This document shows, piece by piece, positions 55,322 through 64,000 of a DNA stretch of 64,000 nucleotides; the first letter of the stretch is position 1; each line of letters starts with the position of its first letter. Origin of the DNA: a virus (taxonomy: Duplodnaviria; Caudoviricetes); the IMG/VR virus record IMGVR_UViG_3300032301_000913, positions 19,176 through 83,175 of that record. The stretch is one strand, 5' to 3'. The notes beneath the pieces are model-generated. The model was not told the DNA's origin. It was given only the letters and a program-made list of their open reading frames with translations, and did no database searches. The translations under genes and the position numbers were made by a program.

Positions 55322-57022
55322 ATGGCAAAACTTTTTGGATTTTCAATTGATGATTCTAATGATAAGTTAAAATCTAAATCTATTGTCTCCCCCGTTCCAC
55401 CTAACAATGATGACGGGGTAGACAATTTTATTGCAAGTGGATTTTATGGGCAGTATCTGGACATTGAAGGTGTCTATAGAACTGAATTCGATTTAATCAA
55501 AAGATATCGTGAAATGGCACTTCATCCTGAGTGTGATGGTGCTATTGAAGATGTTGTGAATGAAGCAATTGTAAGTGATCTTTATGATTCTCCAGTTGAA
55601 ATTGAACTTTCAAATTTAAATGCAAGTGATAAATTAAAGGAAAAAATTAGAGAAGAATTCAAATATATTAAAGAATTATTGGATTTTGATAAAAAATCCC
55701 ATGAGATTTTTAGAAATTGGTATGTTGATGGCAAATTATATTATCTAAAGGTTATTGATATTAAAAAACCTCAAGAGGGTATTCAGGATCTGAGATATAT
55801 TGATCCCATGAAAATGAAATTTGTTCGTCAAGAGAAGAAGACGAATAGGAATGGCGTGATGAATATGAATACCATTCGGGAAAATGACAAGATATTCTAT
55901 CCCGAGATAGAAGAATATTTTCTATATTCTCCCGTAGCATCATATCCTTCTCCAGGAATGATTTCTGGTGGTGGTGCAGTAAAGCAAATTAAGATTGCAA
56001 AGGATTCTATCACCTATGTTACTTCGGGATTGATAGATAGGAACAAAGGTACTATTCTTTCATATCTACACAAGGCAATTAAAGCACTCAATCAACTTCG
56101 AATGATTGAGGATTCTCTTGTTATTTACAGACTGTCACGTGCTCCAGAACGTAGAATTTTCTATATTGATGTTGGCAATCTCCCAAAGGTAAAGGCAGAA
56201 CAGTACCTCAAAGAGGTTATGTCTCGCTACAGAAATAAACTTGTTTATGATGCAGGAACTGGTGAAGTTCGTGATGATCGCAAGTTTATGTCCATGATGG
56301 AAGATTTCTGGTTACCACGTAGAGAAGGTGGTCGTGGAACAGAAATCACAACTCTTCCTGGTGGGCAGAATCTTGGAGAACTTAGTGATATTGAGTATTT
56401 TCAGAAGAAACTTTACAGATCATTGAATGTACCAGAATCCAGAATTGCTGGTGGTGGAGATGGATTTAATCTTGGACGTTCATCAGAAATTCTGAGAGAT
56501 GAATTAAAATTTGCAAAATTTGTAGGTCGTTTGAGAAAGCGTTTTGCAAATATGTTTAATGATATGCTCAAAACACAACTAGTTTTGAAGAATATTGTTA
56601 GTCCAAAAGATTGGGATTTGATGACGGATCATATTCAATATGATTTCTTGTATGATAATCAATTTGCAGAACTGAAAGAATCAGAATTACTGAATGAAAG
56701 ACTTGGTACTCTTGCAACTATAGAACCTTATATTGGAAATTATTTCTCTAAAGAATATGTTCGTAGAAAAGTTCTTCGTCAGACTGATAGTGAGATCATT
56801 GAAATTGATCAACAAATTAAGACTGAAATCAAAAAGGGAATTATTCCAGATCCAAATTCAATAGATCCAATTACTGGAGAACCTCTACCGCCAGCAGAAG
56901 GAGATCCTGGAATGGGAATTACTAATCCATTAGGTGAAATTCCACAAGAACCAAATCTTGACCAGCAGGGACAACAAACAAATGCTCAGATGCAAAAAGA
57001 TGCTAAAAAAGCAGAGATATAA
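55322..57022 (+). CDS. gp20: portal protein gp20
   Basis: YLHKAIKALNQLRMIEDSLVIYRLSRAPERRIFYIDVGNLP, EDFWLPRREGGRGTEI. Confidence 0.98.
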   Translation: MAKLFGFSIDDSNDKLKSKSIVSPVPPNNDDGVDNFIASGFYGQYLDIEGVYRTEFDLIKRYREMALHPECDGAIEDVVNEAIVSDLYDSPVEIELSNLNASDKLKEKIREEFKYIKELLDFDKKSHEIFRNWYVDGKLYYLKVIDIKKPQEGIQDLRYIDPMKMKFVRQEKKTNRNGVMNMNTIRENDKIFYPEIEEYFLYSPVASYPSPGMISGGGAVKQIKIAKDSITYVTSGLIDRNKGTILSYLHKAIKALNQLRMIEDSLVIYRLSRAPERRIFYIDVGNLPKVKAEQYLKEVMSRYRNKLVYDAGTGEVRDDRKFMSMMEDFWLPRREGGRGTEITTLPGGQNLGELSDIEYFQKKLYRSLNVPESRIAGGGDGFNLGRSSEILRDELKFAKFVGRLRKRFANMFNDMLKTQLVLKNIVSPKDWDLMTDHIQYDFLYDNQFAELKESELLNERLGTLATIEPYIGNYFSKEYVRRKVLRQTDSEIIEIDQQIKTEIKKGIIPDPNSIDPITGEPLPPAEGDPGMGITNPLGEIPQEPNLDQQGQQTNAQMQKDAKKAEI

Positions 57023-57053
57023 ATAATTATTATAATAATACATTAAAATTTTT

Positions 57054-57218
57054 ATGGAAGAACTTATCGATTTGATTGCCACAGATTCTTCTGCTTCAGA
57101 AGTTACCGATAAAATCAAAGATCTACTGTTTGCTAAGGCAGCGGAAAGAGTTGATGGTGCTAGACCACATGTTGCTTCTGCAATGTTTGGTGAGGAAGAT
57201 GTTGAGGATCAAGAATAA
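57054..57218 (+). CDS. small acidic prohead-core-like protein, 54 aa
   Basis: read manually; position between gp20 and gp21; late promoter at 57018. Confidence 0.65.
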   Translation: MEELIDLIATDSSASEVTDKIKDLLFAKAAERVDGARPHVASAMFGEEDVEDQE

Positions 57219-57484
57219 TGCAAATCACAAAGGTCATCACAACTGAAGTAAATACTGCAACTACTGCTGGTACTGCAACCAGTATTGGTGAGGCAACTTG
57301 TGTTCGTATATTCAACAACCAAACCGGAATTGTTACAGTTGGATTAAATACTTCGGTTGGTGCTGCGACCACAAATTTCTTTACAATGCCCGGTTCATCT
57401 GTGGAATTCCTACAGAAACTTAGTACCGATGTTATTTGGACATCAGTGGCAATTAAAGCAAATAAAGTAGCGTTCACAAACTAA
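57218..57484 (+). CDS. small hypothetical protein
   Basis: ORF track; TAATG coupling. Confidence 0.65.
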   Translation: MQITKVITTEVNTATTAGTATSIGEATCVRIFNNQTGIVTVGLNTSVGAATTNFFTMPGSSVEFLQKLSTDVIWTSVAIKANKVAFTN

Positions 57485-57485
57485 A

Positions 57486-58136
57486 ATGAAACTCATCACC
57501 GAAGAAGTACAACAAGTCAAATTCATCACCGAAGGCAAAGGTGCTCAAAAGAAAATGTTTATTGAAGGAGTTTTCCTTCAAGGTGATATCTGCAATCGTA
57601 ACGGCAGAATGTATCCAATGCAAACTCTTGCAAAAGAGGTAATGAGATACAATGAGTCCTTTATTAATAGGGGTCGTGCTCTTGGGGAACTTGGTCATCC
57701 AGACGGTCCTACCGTCAATCTTGATAGAGTTTCTCATAAAATTATTTCTCTTGAACAAAAGGGAAGCAATTTTATTGGTAAGGCTCAACTCTTAGAGACT
57801 CCAATGGGTAAGATTGCTAAGGCACTTATTGGTGAAGGCGTTTGTCTTGGAGTTTCTTCTCGTGGTGTAGGTTCACTTAGATTAACTAATGAGGGTCATA
57901 AAATTGTTGGTGAAGATTTTATGCTAGCAACCGCTGCCGATATTGTTGCAGATCCTTCTGCTCCTGATGCATTTGTTCAGGGAATTATGGAAGGAAAGGA
58001 ATGGGTTTATGATTCTAATAAAAAAGTATGGATTGCAGAGTCAATTAAAAATATTATAGAAAAAGATGCCAAAAGAAAAAAATTAACAGAAGAAAGGAAA
58101 CTTCAGCATTTTCAAAAATTTATAAGTATGATATGA
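57486..58136 (+). CDS. gp21: prohead protease gp21
   Basis: NRNGRMYP, ALGELGHP, GVSSRGVGS, DIVADPSAPDAFV. Confidence 0.97.
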   Translation: MKLITEEVQQVKFITEGKGAQKKMFIEGVFLQGDICNRNGRMYPMQTLAKEVMRYNESFINRGRALGELGHPDGPTVNLDRVSHKIISLEQKGSNFIGKAQLLETPMGKIAKALIGEGVCLGVSSRGVGSLRLTNEGHKIVGEDFMLATAADIVADPSAPDAFVQGIMEGKEWVYDSNKKVWIAESIKNIIEKDAKRKKLTEERKLQHFQKFISMI

Positions 58137-58738
58137 AGAAAGAACATTATGTATATGCTTTAGTAGATCCAATAAATAGGATTCCTTTTTACATTGGAAA
58201 GGGTAAAAAAGATAGATGTTTTAAACATCTAAAAGGTCATGCAAATTATAATCAAGAAAAATTAAAATATATTGATAATATTAGAAATTTGGGATTTGAA
58301 ACAATAATTTATAAAATTATTGAAAATTTATCAAATTTAGATTCTTTAAAATTAGAATCTTATTTTATTGAGTATTATAAAGAATTTCTTACAAATAAAG
58401 AAATAGTTCCTCCAGATAGAACTGGTGGTAAATTATCAGAATCCCAAAAAGAACATTTAAGACTAAAAAATATTGGAAAAGTTTTAACCCAAGAACATAA
58501 AAACAAAATAGGAATAGCAAATTCACATAAACCAAATTATGAAATAAATAAAAAATATATTGATAATTCACCAAAAAGAAACGAGGGATCAAAAAACCCA
58601 AATTCAAAATCAATTATTTGTAATGGTATAAAATTTGGGTGTATGAAGGATGCTTACAAGTATTTTAATGTTTCTAAGCAAACTTTTAAAAAAAGATATG
58701 AATTTAATTTTCTTGGCAAATCTTTAATTTATAAATAA
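58133..58738 (+). CDS. GIY-YIG (LEM-3-like) homing endonuclease with NUMOD3-like repeats
   Basis: YVYALVDP...FYIGKG..DR..KH; SESQKEHL / TQEHKNKI. Confidence 0.8.
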   Translation: MKKEHYVYALVDPINRIPFYIGKGKKDRCFKHLKGHANYNQEKLKYIDNIRNLGFETIIYKIIENLSNLDSLKLESYFIEYYKEFLTNKEIVPPDRTGGKLSESQKEHLRLKNIGKVLTQEHKNKIGIANSHKPNYEINKKYIDNSPKRNEGSKNPNSKSIICNGIKFGCMKDAYKYFNVSKQTFKKRYEFNFLGKSLIYK

Positions 58739-58763
58739 ATATAGATTATACACAAGATCTAAA

Positions 58764-59933
58764 ATGTCCGTTGGTAGCAATTTACAAGAAATGGAAAACG
58801 TAGTAACCAAAGGAGCCGCACCTGCTGAACCAATGCCAAAGTTGTCCACTGGAATTGCTCCTGGACAAACCGGTGCCTGGGAAGATTTGGGTGGACCTAC
58901 TCCAGAAAATTATCGCACAGACGATAATTCTGCAAGACTCAATACTCCTGGCGCAACTCTTCAACAAGTTAAGAATATTGTTAATGCCAAGGCTGCAGCT
59001 GCAGATCCTATGCAGGGATTTGCAAAAGAAGATGCCGAGTATGATGAAGACGAGGCACTTTTAGAAGATTCTACAGAAGAAGCACCAGAACCCAAGAATA
59101 AGAATAAGAATAAGAATAAGCGCGAAAATGGGCAATCGGAAGATGATTCTGAAGATGGAGATGATTCTAAAGATGATGAAGATGATGAAGATGAAATGAA
59201 GGAAGAGTTTGACATCGAAGAAGATGTCAATGCTCTACTTTCTGGTGAAGATCTTTCTGAGGAATTCCAAGAGAAAGCACGTACTATCTTTGAGACTGCA
59301 ATCAGATCTAAGGTTGCAGAAATCAAAGAAGAACTTCAAGAAACCTATGAGAATGCTCTCATAGAAGAAATTGAAGTTATTAAGCAAGGACTTGTAGAAA
59401 GAGTCGATGCATACCTTGAGTATGTTGCCGACGAGTGGGTTGCTGAAAATGCACTCGCTATTGAAGCAGGTCTTAAAACTGAAATGACCGAATCATTCCT
59501 TCTGGGAATGAGAGGTCTTTTTGAAGATCATTATGTATCAATCCCTGAAGAGAAATATGATGTAATCGAGAGTATGGTAGATAAACTTGATGAAATGGAA
59601 GAAAAACTCAACGAGCAAATTGAAAGAAATATTGCTCTTAATAACAGATTAGCAGAGTCGGTTGCTGATGTAATCTTTGCAGATGTCGCTGAGGGTCTTG
59701 CACTTTCTCAGAAGGACAAACTCGCTTCTCTTGCTGAAAATGTTGAGTTTGATAGTGAGTCAGACTATCGTGAGAAACTGGTAACTCTGAGGGAATCATA
59801 TTTCCCATCCAATGCTGGTACTCAAAGAGAATTTACTGAGAATTTATCTGAAAGCGTAGAATATCCACAAACTCCACAAGTAAGTGGAATTATGGAAAGT
59901 TATCTCTCAGTTCTCAGTAGAACTACTAAGTGA
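58764..59933 (+). CDS. gp22: prohead core scaffold gp22
   Basis: EDLGGPTPENY, LSEEFQEKARTIFE, YLEYVADEW. Confidence 0.95.
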   Translation: MSVGSNLQEMENVVTKGAAPAEPMPKLSTGIAPGQTGAWEDLGGPTPENYRTDDNSARLNTPGATLQQVKNIVNAKAAAADPMQGFAKEDAEYDEDEALLEDSTEEAPEPKNKNKNKNKRENGQSEDDSEDGDDSKDDEDDEDEMKEEFDIEEDVNALLSGEDLSEEFQEKARTIFETAIRSKVAEIKEELQETYENALIEEIEVIKQGLVERVDAYLEYVADEWVAENALAIEAGLKTEMTESFLLGMRGLFEDHYVSIPEEKYDVIESMVDKLDEMEEKLNEQIERNIALNNRLAESVADVIFADVAEGLALSQKDKLASLAENVEFDSESDYREKLVTLRESYFPSNAGTQREFTENLSESVEYPQTPQVSGIMESYLSVLSRTTK

Positions 59934-59985
59934 TTTTTGCATAATAACAAATCAAACTAACACATTTTAACTAGAGGTAAAACAA

Positions 59986-61386
59986 ATGCAAATGTTCAAT
60001 GCAGAATATTTGCAGGAGAAGTGGGCACCAATCCTTGACTATCAAGGACTAGATGGAATCAAAGATTCACATCGTAGAATGGTTACCGCTGTCCTGCTCG
60101 AAAACCAAGAAAAAACTCTCCGCGAAGAGCGTGAGTTTCTTTCCGAATCACCAACCACCAATACACAATCTGGTTCTTCCGCTGGTTTCAGTGGTGGTGC
60201 TTCTTCACCTGTTGCAGGTTTCGATCCAGTTCTGATCTCCTTGATCAGACGTGCAATGCCTAACTTGGTCGCTTATGACCTCGCAGGTGTTCAACCAATG
60301 AACGGTCCTACTGGACTCATCTTCGCAATGCGTTCGAAGTACAAGAACCAGAGTGGTTCAGAAACCTTCTACAACGAAGTAGATTCCGCATATTCTGGTC
60401 AAGGTTCAACATTTACCGAAACTGAAGGATGGACTAATGGTGCAGTTGGTCTTGGTACTACTGCTCAAACCGGTTCAAATCCAGGTCTTCTTGATGCTGC
60501 TGGAACTAATCCAGCACTTTATAATGTCGGTCAAGGTATGCGTACCGATAATGCAGAAAATCTTGGTACTACCGAAGGTGGTCAGTTCAACGAGATGTCT
60601 TTCTCGATTGAAAAAATCACAGTTACTGCAAAGTCCCGTGCTCTAAAGGCTGAGTACTCACTCGAACTCGCACAAGACCTCAAGGCAATTCACGGTCTGA
60701 ATGCAGAAGCTGAGTTGGCAAATCTTTTGTCAACTGAGATTCTTGCTGAAATCAACCGCGAAGTCATCCGTACCATCTATAACGTTGCTAAGCCTGGTGC
60801 TCAGACCAACGTTGCTACCAATGGTACTTTTGACCTTGACGTTGACTCCAATGGTCGTTGGTCTGTTGAGAAGTTCAAAGGTCTTATCTTCCAAATCGAG
60901 CGCGATGCAAACGCAATCGCACAACAAACTCGTAGAGGAAAGGGTAACATGATCCTCTGTTCTGCTGACGTTGCTTCGGCACTCACCATGGCAGGTGTTC
61001 TTGATTACACCCCAGCACTCAACGCCAATCTTAACGTTGATGACACCGGCAATACCTTCGCTGGTATTCTCCAAGGCAAGTATAAGGTCTATATCGATCC
61101 TTATGCTGGTGGTTTCACAAACTCTGGAACTGTCGGTGGTCAGTATTACGTTGTCGGTTATAAGGGTTCTTCCCCTTATGATGCTGGTCTCTTCTACTGC
61201 CCTTATGTTCCTCTCCAAATGGTTCGTGCCGTTGGTGAGAACACTTTCCAACCAAAAATTGGATTCAAGACTCGTTATGGTATCGTTGCTAATCCATTTG
61301 CGGAAGGTCTTGATGTTGGCAGTGGTCGCCTTCAAAGAAACTCCAACGTCTACTACAGAAGAGTTGCTGTTGCAAACCTTATGTGA
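59986..61386 (+). CDS. gp23: major capsid protein gp23
   Basis: GVQPM.GPTGLIFAMRS, KSRALKAEY, YCPYVPLQM, FQPKIGFKTRYG. Confidence 0.98.
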   Translation: MQMFNAEYLQEKWAPILDYQGLDGIKDSHRRMVTAVLLENQEKTLREEREFLSESPTTNTQSGSSAGFSGGASSPVAGFDPVLISLIRRAMPNLVAYDLAGVQPMNGPTGLIFAMRSKYKNQSGSETFYNEVDSAYSGQGSTFTETEGWTNGAVGLGTTAQTGSNPGLLDAAGTNPALYNVGQGMRTDNAENLGTTEGGQFNEMSFSIEKITVTAKSRALKAEYSLELAQDLKAIHGLNAEAELANLLSTEILAEINREVIRTIYNVAKPGAQTNVATNGTFDLDVDSNGRWSVEKFKGLIFQIERDANAIAQQTRRGKGNMILCSADVASALTMAGVLDYTPALNANLNVDDTGNTFAGILQGKYKVYIDPYAGGFTNSGTVGGQYYVVGYKGSSPYDAGLFYCPYVPLQMVRAVGENTFQPKIGFKTRYGIVANPFAEGLDVGSGRLQRNSNVYYRRVAVANLM

Positions 61387-61407
61387 GTCTTTCTCACAAA
61401 TCTCATG

Positions 61408-61432
61408 GGGATCCTTCGGGATCCCTTTTTTT
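61408..61432 (+). terminator. intrinsic terminator with cUUCGg loop
   Basis: GGGATCC-TTCG-GGATCCC plus T7. Confidence 0.9.
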
Positions 61433-61452
61433 GTCTAAATACAAATAAAACG

Positions 61453-61863
61453 ATGAAGACATTTAAGCAATTTATGGTGGAGGCAACACCATTTGCGCTA
61501 ATGGGTCCCACAAGTGCTTATGGTCCAGGATTGTATGGAAATAAAACCGCAAGTGGTCAAGTTTTAACTCCAAATACTATAGGAATTGCTCATAAAACAC
61601 TTCCATTGGGAAGTAATGTTAGACTAACAGATCCTGGAACTAAAAAAAGTATACAAGTACCAGTAATTGATAGAGGTCCTTATGTTGGTGATCGGCAAGC
61701 GGATGTGACAGATGCTACTGTCAAAAAAATGGGATATAGTGGATGGAAAGATTATGGAGTTCGTAATATAGATGTAACTCCAGTCACAGCAAAACCAAAA
61801 CCATCAAAAATAGCACCTCCAAAAGTAACTAAAAGTAAAGGTTTGATGTCGGGAAAATATTAA
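61453..61863 (+). CDS. RlpA-like double-psi beta-barrel protein with capsid-targeting-like N-terminus
   Basis: G.KTASG...AHKTLPLG..V.......V..IDRGPY...R..D; start MKTFKQFMVE. Confidence 0.8.
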   Translation: MKTFKQFMVEATPFALMGPTSAYGPGLYGNKTASGQVLTPNTIGIAHKTLPLGSNVRLTDPGTKKSIQVPVIDRGPYVGDRQADVTDATVKKMGYSGWKDYGVRNIDVTPVTAKPKPSKIAPPKVTKSKGLMSGKY

Positions 61864-61864
61864 T

Positions 61865-62413
61865 ATGGCAACTTCACCTCTTGCAAACCAAATTCAAAAT
61901 AGAAATTTTTTATCTCCAGTTGGATTTAAATTCACCTTAGCAAAAGAACCTAAGGTTGCGTTTATGTGCAATTCGGCAAGAATTCCAGAGATTACTTTAG
62001 GAATTGCAAAACAACCAACATACTTGAAAATGATTGATGTTCCTGGAGAAATTTTAACTTATGGAGATTTGACATTAAAATTTCTTGTTGATGAAAATAT
62101 GGAAAATTATATGGCAATTCACAATTGGTTAACTGGACTTGGATTTCCAGAAACTACAAAGCAATACAAGGATTTAACGACTAATGGTGATGGAATAAGA
62201 GATTCAAAGGAAGCATTTAGTGATGGAAGTCTTTACATCTTAAACAGTAATTACAACACAACTGCCGTAGTAAAATTCAAGGATTTATTTCCAGTATCGT
62301 TAAGTTCCCTTGAGTTTGATGCCACACAAACTGACATTCAGTACTTTACAGCAGACGTAGCTTTCAAGTATACTGTGTATAATATCCTAGATAAAAACAA
62401 TAATCCCCTATGA
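61865..62413 (+). CDS. gp3: tail tube terminator/completion protein gp3
   Basis: NRNFLSPVGFKF, FLVDENMENY, LFPVSLS.LEFDAT. Confidence 0.9.
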   Translation: MATSPLANQIQNRNFLSPVGFKFTLAKEPKVAFMCNSARIPEITLGIAKQPTYLKMIDVPGEILTYGDLTLKFLVDENMENYMAIHNWLTGLGFPETTKQYKDLTTNGDGIRDSKEAFSDGSLYILNSNYNTTAVVKFKDLFPVSLSSLEFDATQTDIQYFTADVAFKYTVYNILDKNNNPL

Positions 62414-62853
62414 ATTTGAGTCTTGATGAAATCCAGGAAATGTGGCAAAGAGATTCTGTCATAGACCCTGATAATTTACACGATGAATCACTAAAAATAC
62501 CACAATTACATTCTAAGTATTATACTCTATATAATACCATCACTCTTCTTCGTGAAAAGGCAAGGGAAACACATAACAGAGTTAGGTTGGAACGCTATAA
62601 CTACTACACAGGAAAGGCAACAGCAGAGGTATATGCCGAAGAACCATTTCCGTATAAGGTAAGAGAAAAGGACGCCATACAGAGGCATATGGACGCTGAT
62701 GAGAGACTGTCTAAGATTGATTTGAAGATTAGATATTATGATGTTATGCTTAAGTTTCTTGAGGAAGTTATTAAGATGATTTCAAATAGGACTTATCAAA
62801 TTAAGAACAGTATTGAGTTTATGAAGTTTCAAGCAGGATTCGGAGGTACCTAA
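62410..62853 (+). CDS. uvsY: recombination mediator UvsY
   Basis: W.RDS.ID...L..ES.KIP.LHSKY, YYTGKA, I.NR.YQIKN. Confidence 0.9.
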   Translation: MNLSLDEIQEMWQRDSVIDPDNLHDESLKIPQLHSKYYTLYNTITLLREKARETHNRVRLERYNYYTGKATAEVYAEEPFPYKVREKDAIQRHMDADERLSKIDLKIRYYDVMLKFLEEVIKMISNRTYQIKNSIEFMKFQAGFGGT

Positions 62854-62885
62854 TAATATAAATACTTAATAATACAATAGATGAT

Positions 62886-63422
62886 ATGTATTCTGTTTAT
62901 TGGATAAAATACCAGAATCACACCGATCCATTTAAAGAGGGTTATATTGGAATATCAAATGACCCAACAAAAAGGTTTGTTGAGCATAAGAAATATTCTA
63001 AAGACAATAATATGCTAAAGGGTGCTATACAGAAAGGTGCTTTTATTGAAATTCTTCATAATAATTTGAGTGAAAATAATGCATTAGAAATAGAAAAATC
63101 TTATAGACCAAAAGAGTTAATTGGTTGGAATTTATGTGAAGGAGGACAAATGCCCCCAAAAAGATTGGGAGTTAAATATAAAGAAGGAAAACAAATTCTT
63201 AAAGGTAATAGCAGAACTGAAAAACAAAAAGAATCATCAAATAATCATAGCGAAAGAATGAAAGGAAATACTCCCTGGAATAAAGGTAAAAATGGGTTTA
63301 AAGGTCCAGTAAAACCTTGCGTATATAAAGGTATCGAATTTAATTCAAGAAAAGAAGCAGCATTATATTTTCAAGTTTCCATTAGTGCTGTTACTTTGTG
63401 GATTAAAAAGCATTCCAATTAA
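62886..63422 (+). CDS. GIY-YIG homing endonuclease
   Basis: SVYWI...GYIGIS....RF.EH...E...GWN...GG; late promoter at 62857. Confidence 0.8.
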   Translation: MYSVYWIKYQNHTDPFKEGYIGISNDPTKRFVEHKKYSKDNNMLKGAIQKGAFIEILHNNLSENNALEIEKSYRPKELIGWNLCEGGQMPPKRLGVKYKEGKQILKGNSRTEKQKESSNNHSERMKGNTPWNKGKNGFKGPVKPCVYKGIEFNSRKEAALYFQVSISAVTLWIKKHSN

Positions 63423-63454
63423 TCAAATAAATACTCATAACTGATACGTTATGA

Positions 63455-64000
63455 ATGTCTCATTTGGTGATATCAAAAAAGAATGAGGTTTATCTGCAAA
63501 TAGAGGCAGAACCTCATATCTACTATGAGTTAAAAGATACTTTTCAATTTGAAGTTCCAAACGCAAAATTCTCACCTGCTTATAAGAATAAGTGGTGGGA
63601 TGGATTCATTTATCTGTTCAGTATTGACACGAAAGAAATTTATGTTGGTCTTTTAGATAGGGTAATTCAGTTCTGTAAGGACCACAATTATACCTATGAG
63701 TTCACGAATAATAAGTTTTATGGTCTTCCTTTTGAGATAAACGAGAATATCTCAAAGGAAGGTGTGAAGGATTATATGACGGCAATCAGTAGACACGCCC
63801 CACGCGATTATCAAATTGAGGGAGTATACGACGCTTTAAGACATAATCGTAAATTATTGATATCTCCAACTGCTTCGGGAAAGTCGTTGATGATATATTC
63901 TCTTGTGAGATACTACGTTGAGAAGCAGCAAAATATTCTCGTAGTTGTTCCGACGACTTCCCTTGTAGAACAAATGTATAAAGATTTTGCAGATTATGGA
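63455..64000 (+). CDS. uvsW: UvsW helicase, 5' part (runs off the window)
   Basis: read manually: MSHLVISKKNEV...WDG...PRDYQ...SPTASGKS...VPTTSLVEQMYKDF. Confidence 0.95.
   Translation, partial: MSHLVISKKNEVYLQIEAEPHIYYELKDTFQFEVPNAKFSPAYKNKWWDGFIYLFSIDTKEIYVGLLDRVIQFCKDHNYTYEFTNNKFYGLPFEINENISKEGVKDYMTAISRHAPRDYQIEGVYDALRHNRKLLISPTASGKSLMIYSLVRYYVEKQQNILVVVPTTSLVEQMYKDFADYG

Noticed and set aside
59094-59120. (AAGAAT)4 microsatellite in gp22 as a phase-variation switch
   Set aside because: A 6-bp unit keeps the frame and lies in a low-complexity linker
13975-61335. Many minus-strand or alternate-frame 60-200 aa ORFs inside structural genes (for example 60730..61335, 58961..59326)
   Set aside because: Shadows of strongly conserved + strand genes, with no independent promoters or motifs
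1-64000. Integrase, toxin-antitoxin pair, defence system or alternative genetic code
   Set aside because: No supporting ORFs; the AbrB-like gene has no recognisable toxin partner; core genes read through intact with the standard code

Overview
A 64 kb segment of a T4-like myovirus genome. Gene order, SpeD and cyanobacterial-type DnaA boxes point to a cyanophage. Positions 1-13.2 kb form a visibly more GC-rich early/accessory region. It holds about 35 short + strand ORFs behind repeated early promoters and an unusually dense set of non-coding elements: a dyad early-promoter motif (twice bidirectional), three clusters of an ATCTCGWCGAGAT palindrome, six TTTTCCACA boxes, a 24-bp tandem array with inverted copies, and several candidate structured RNAs. 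Positions 13.2-64 kb are the conserved module: AbrB-like regulator, GT-A glycosyltransferase-like gene, speD, gp25-gp6-gp7-gp8, a large VrlC/DUF4815-like virion protein, gp13-gp16, two accessory virion genes, gp17-gp23, an RlpA-like gene, gp3, uvsY and the start of uvsW. The terminase large subunit carries a LAGLIDADG cis-intein at its Walker A motif. It is also fractured into two genes joined by an atypically split intein (29-aa IntN, 103-aa IntC) with a GIY-YIG endonuclease gene between them. There are six homing-endonuclease domains in total. All family assignments come from motif recognition and synteny by eye; no database search or folding program was run.
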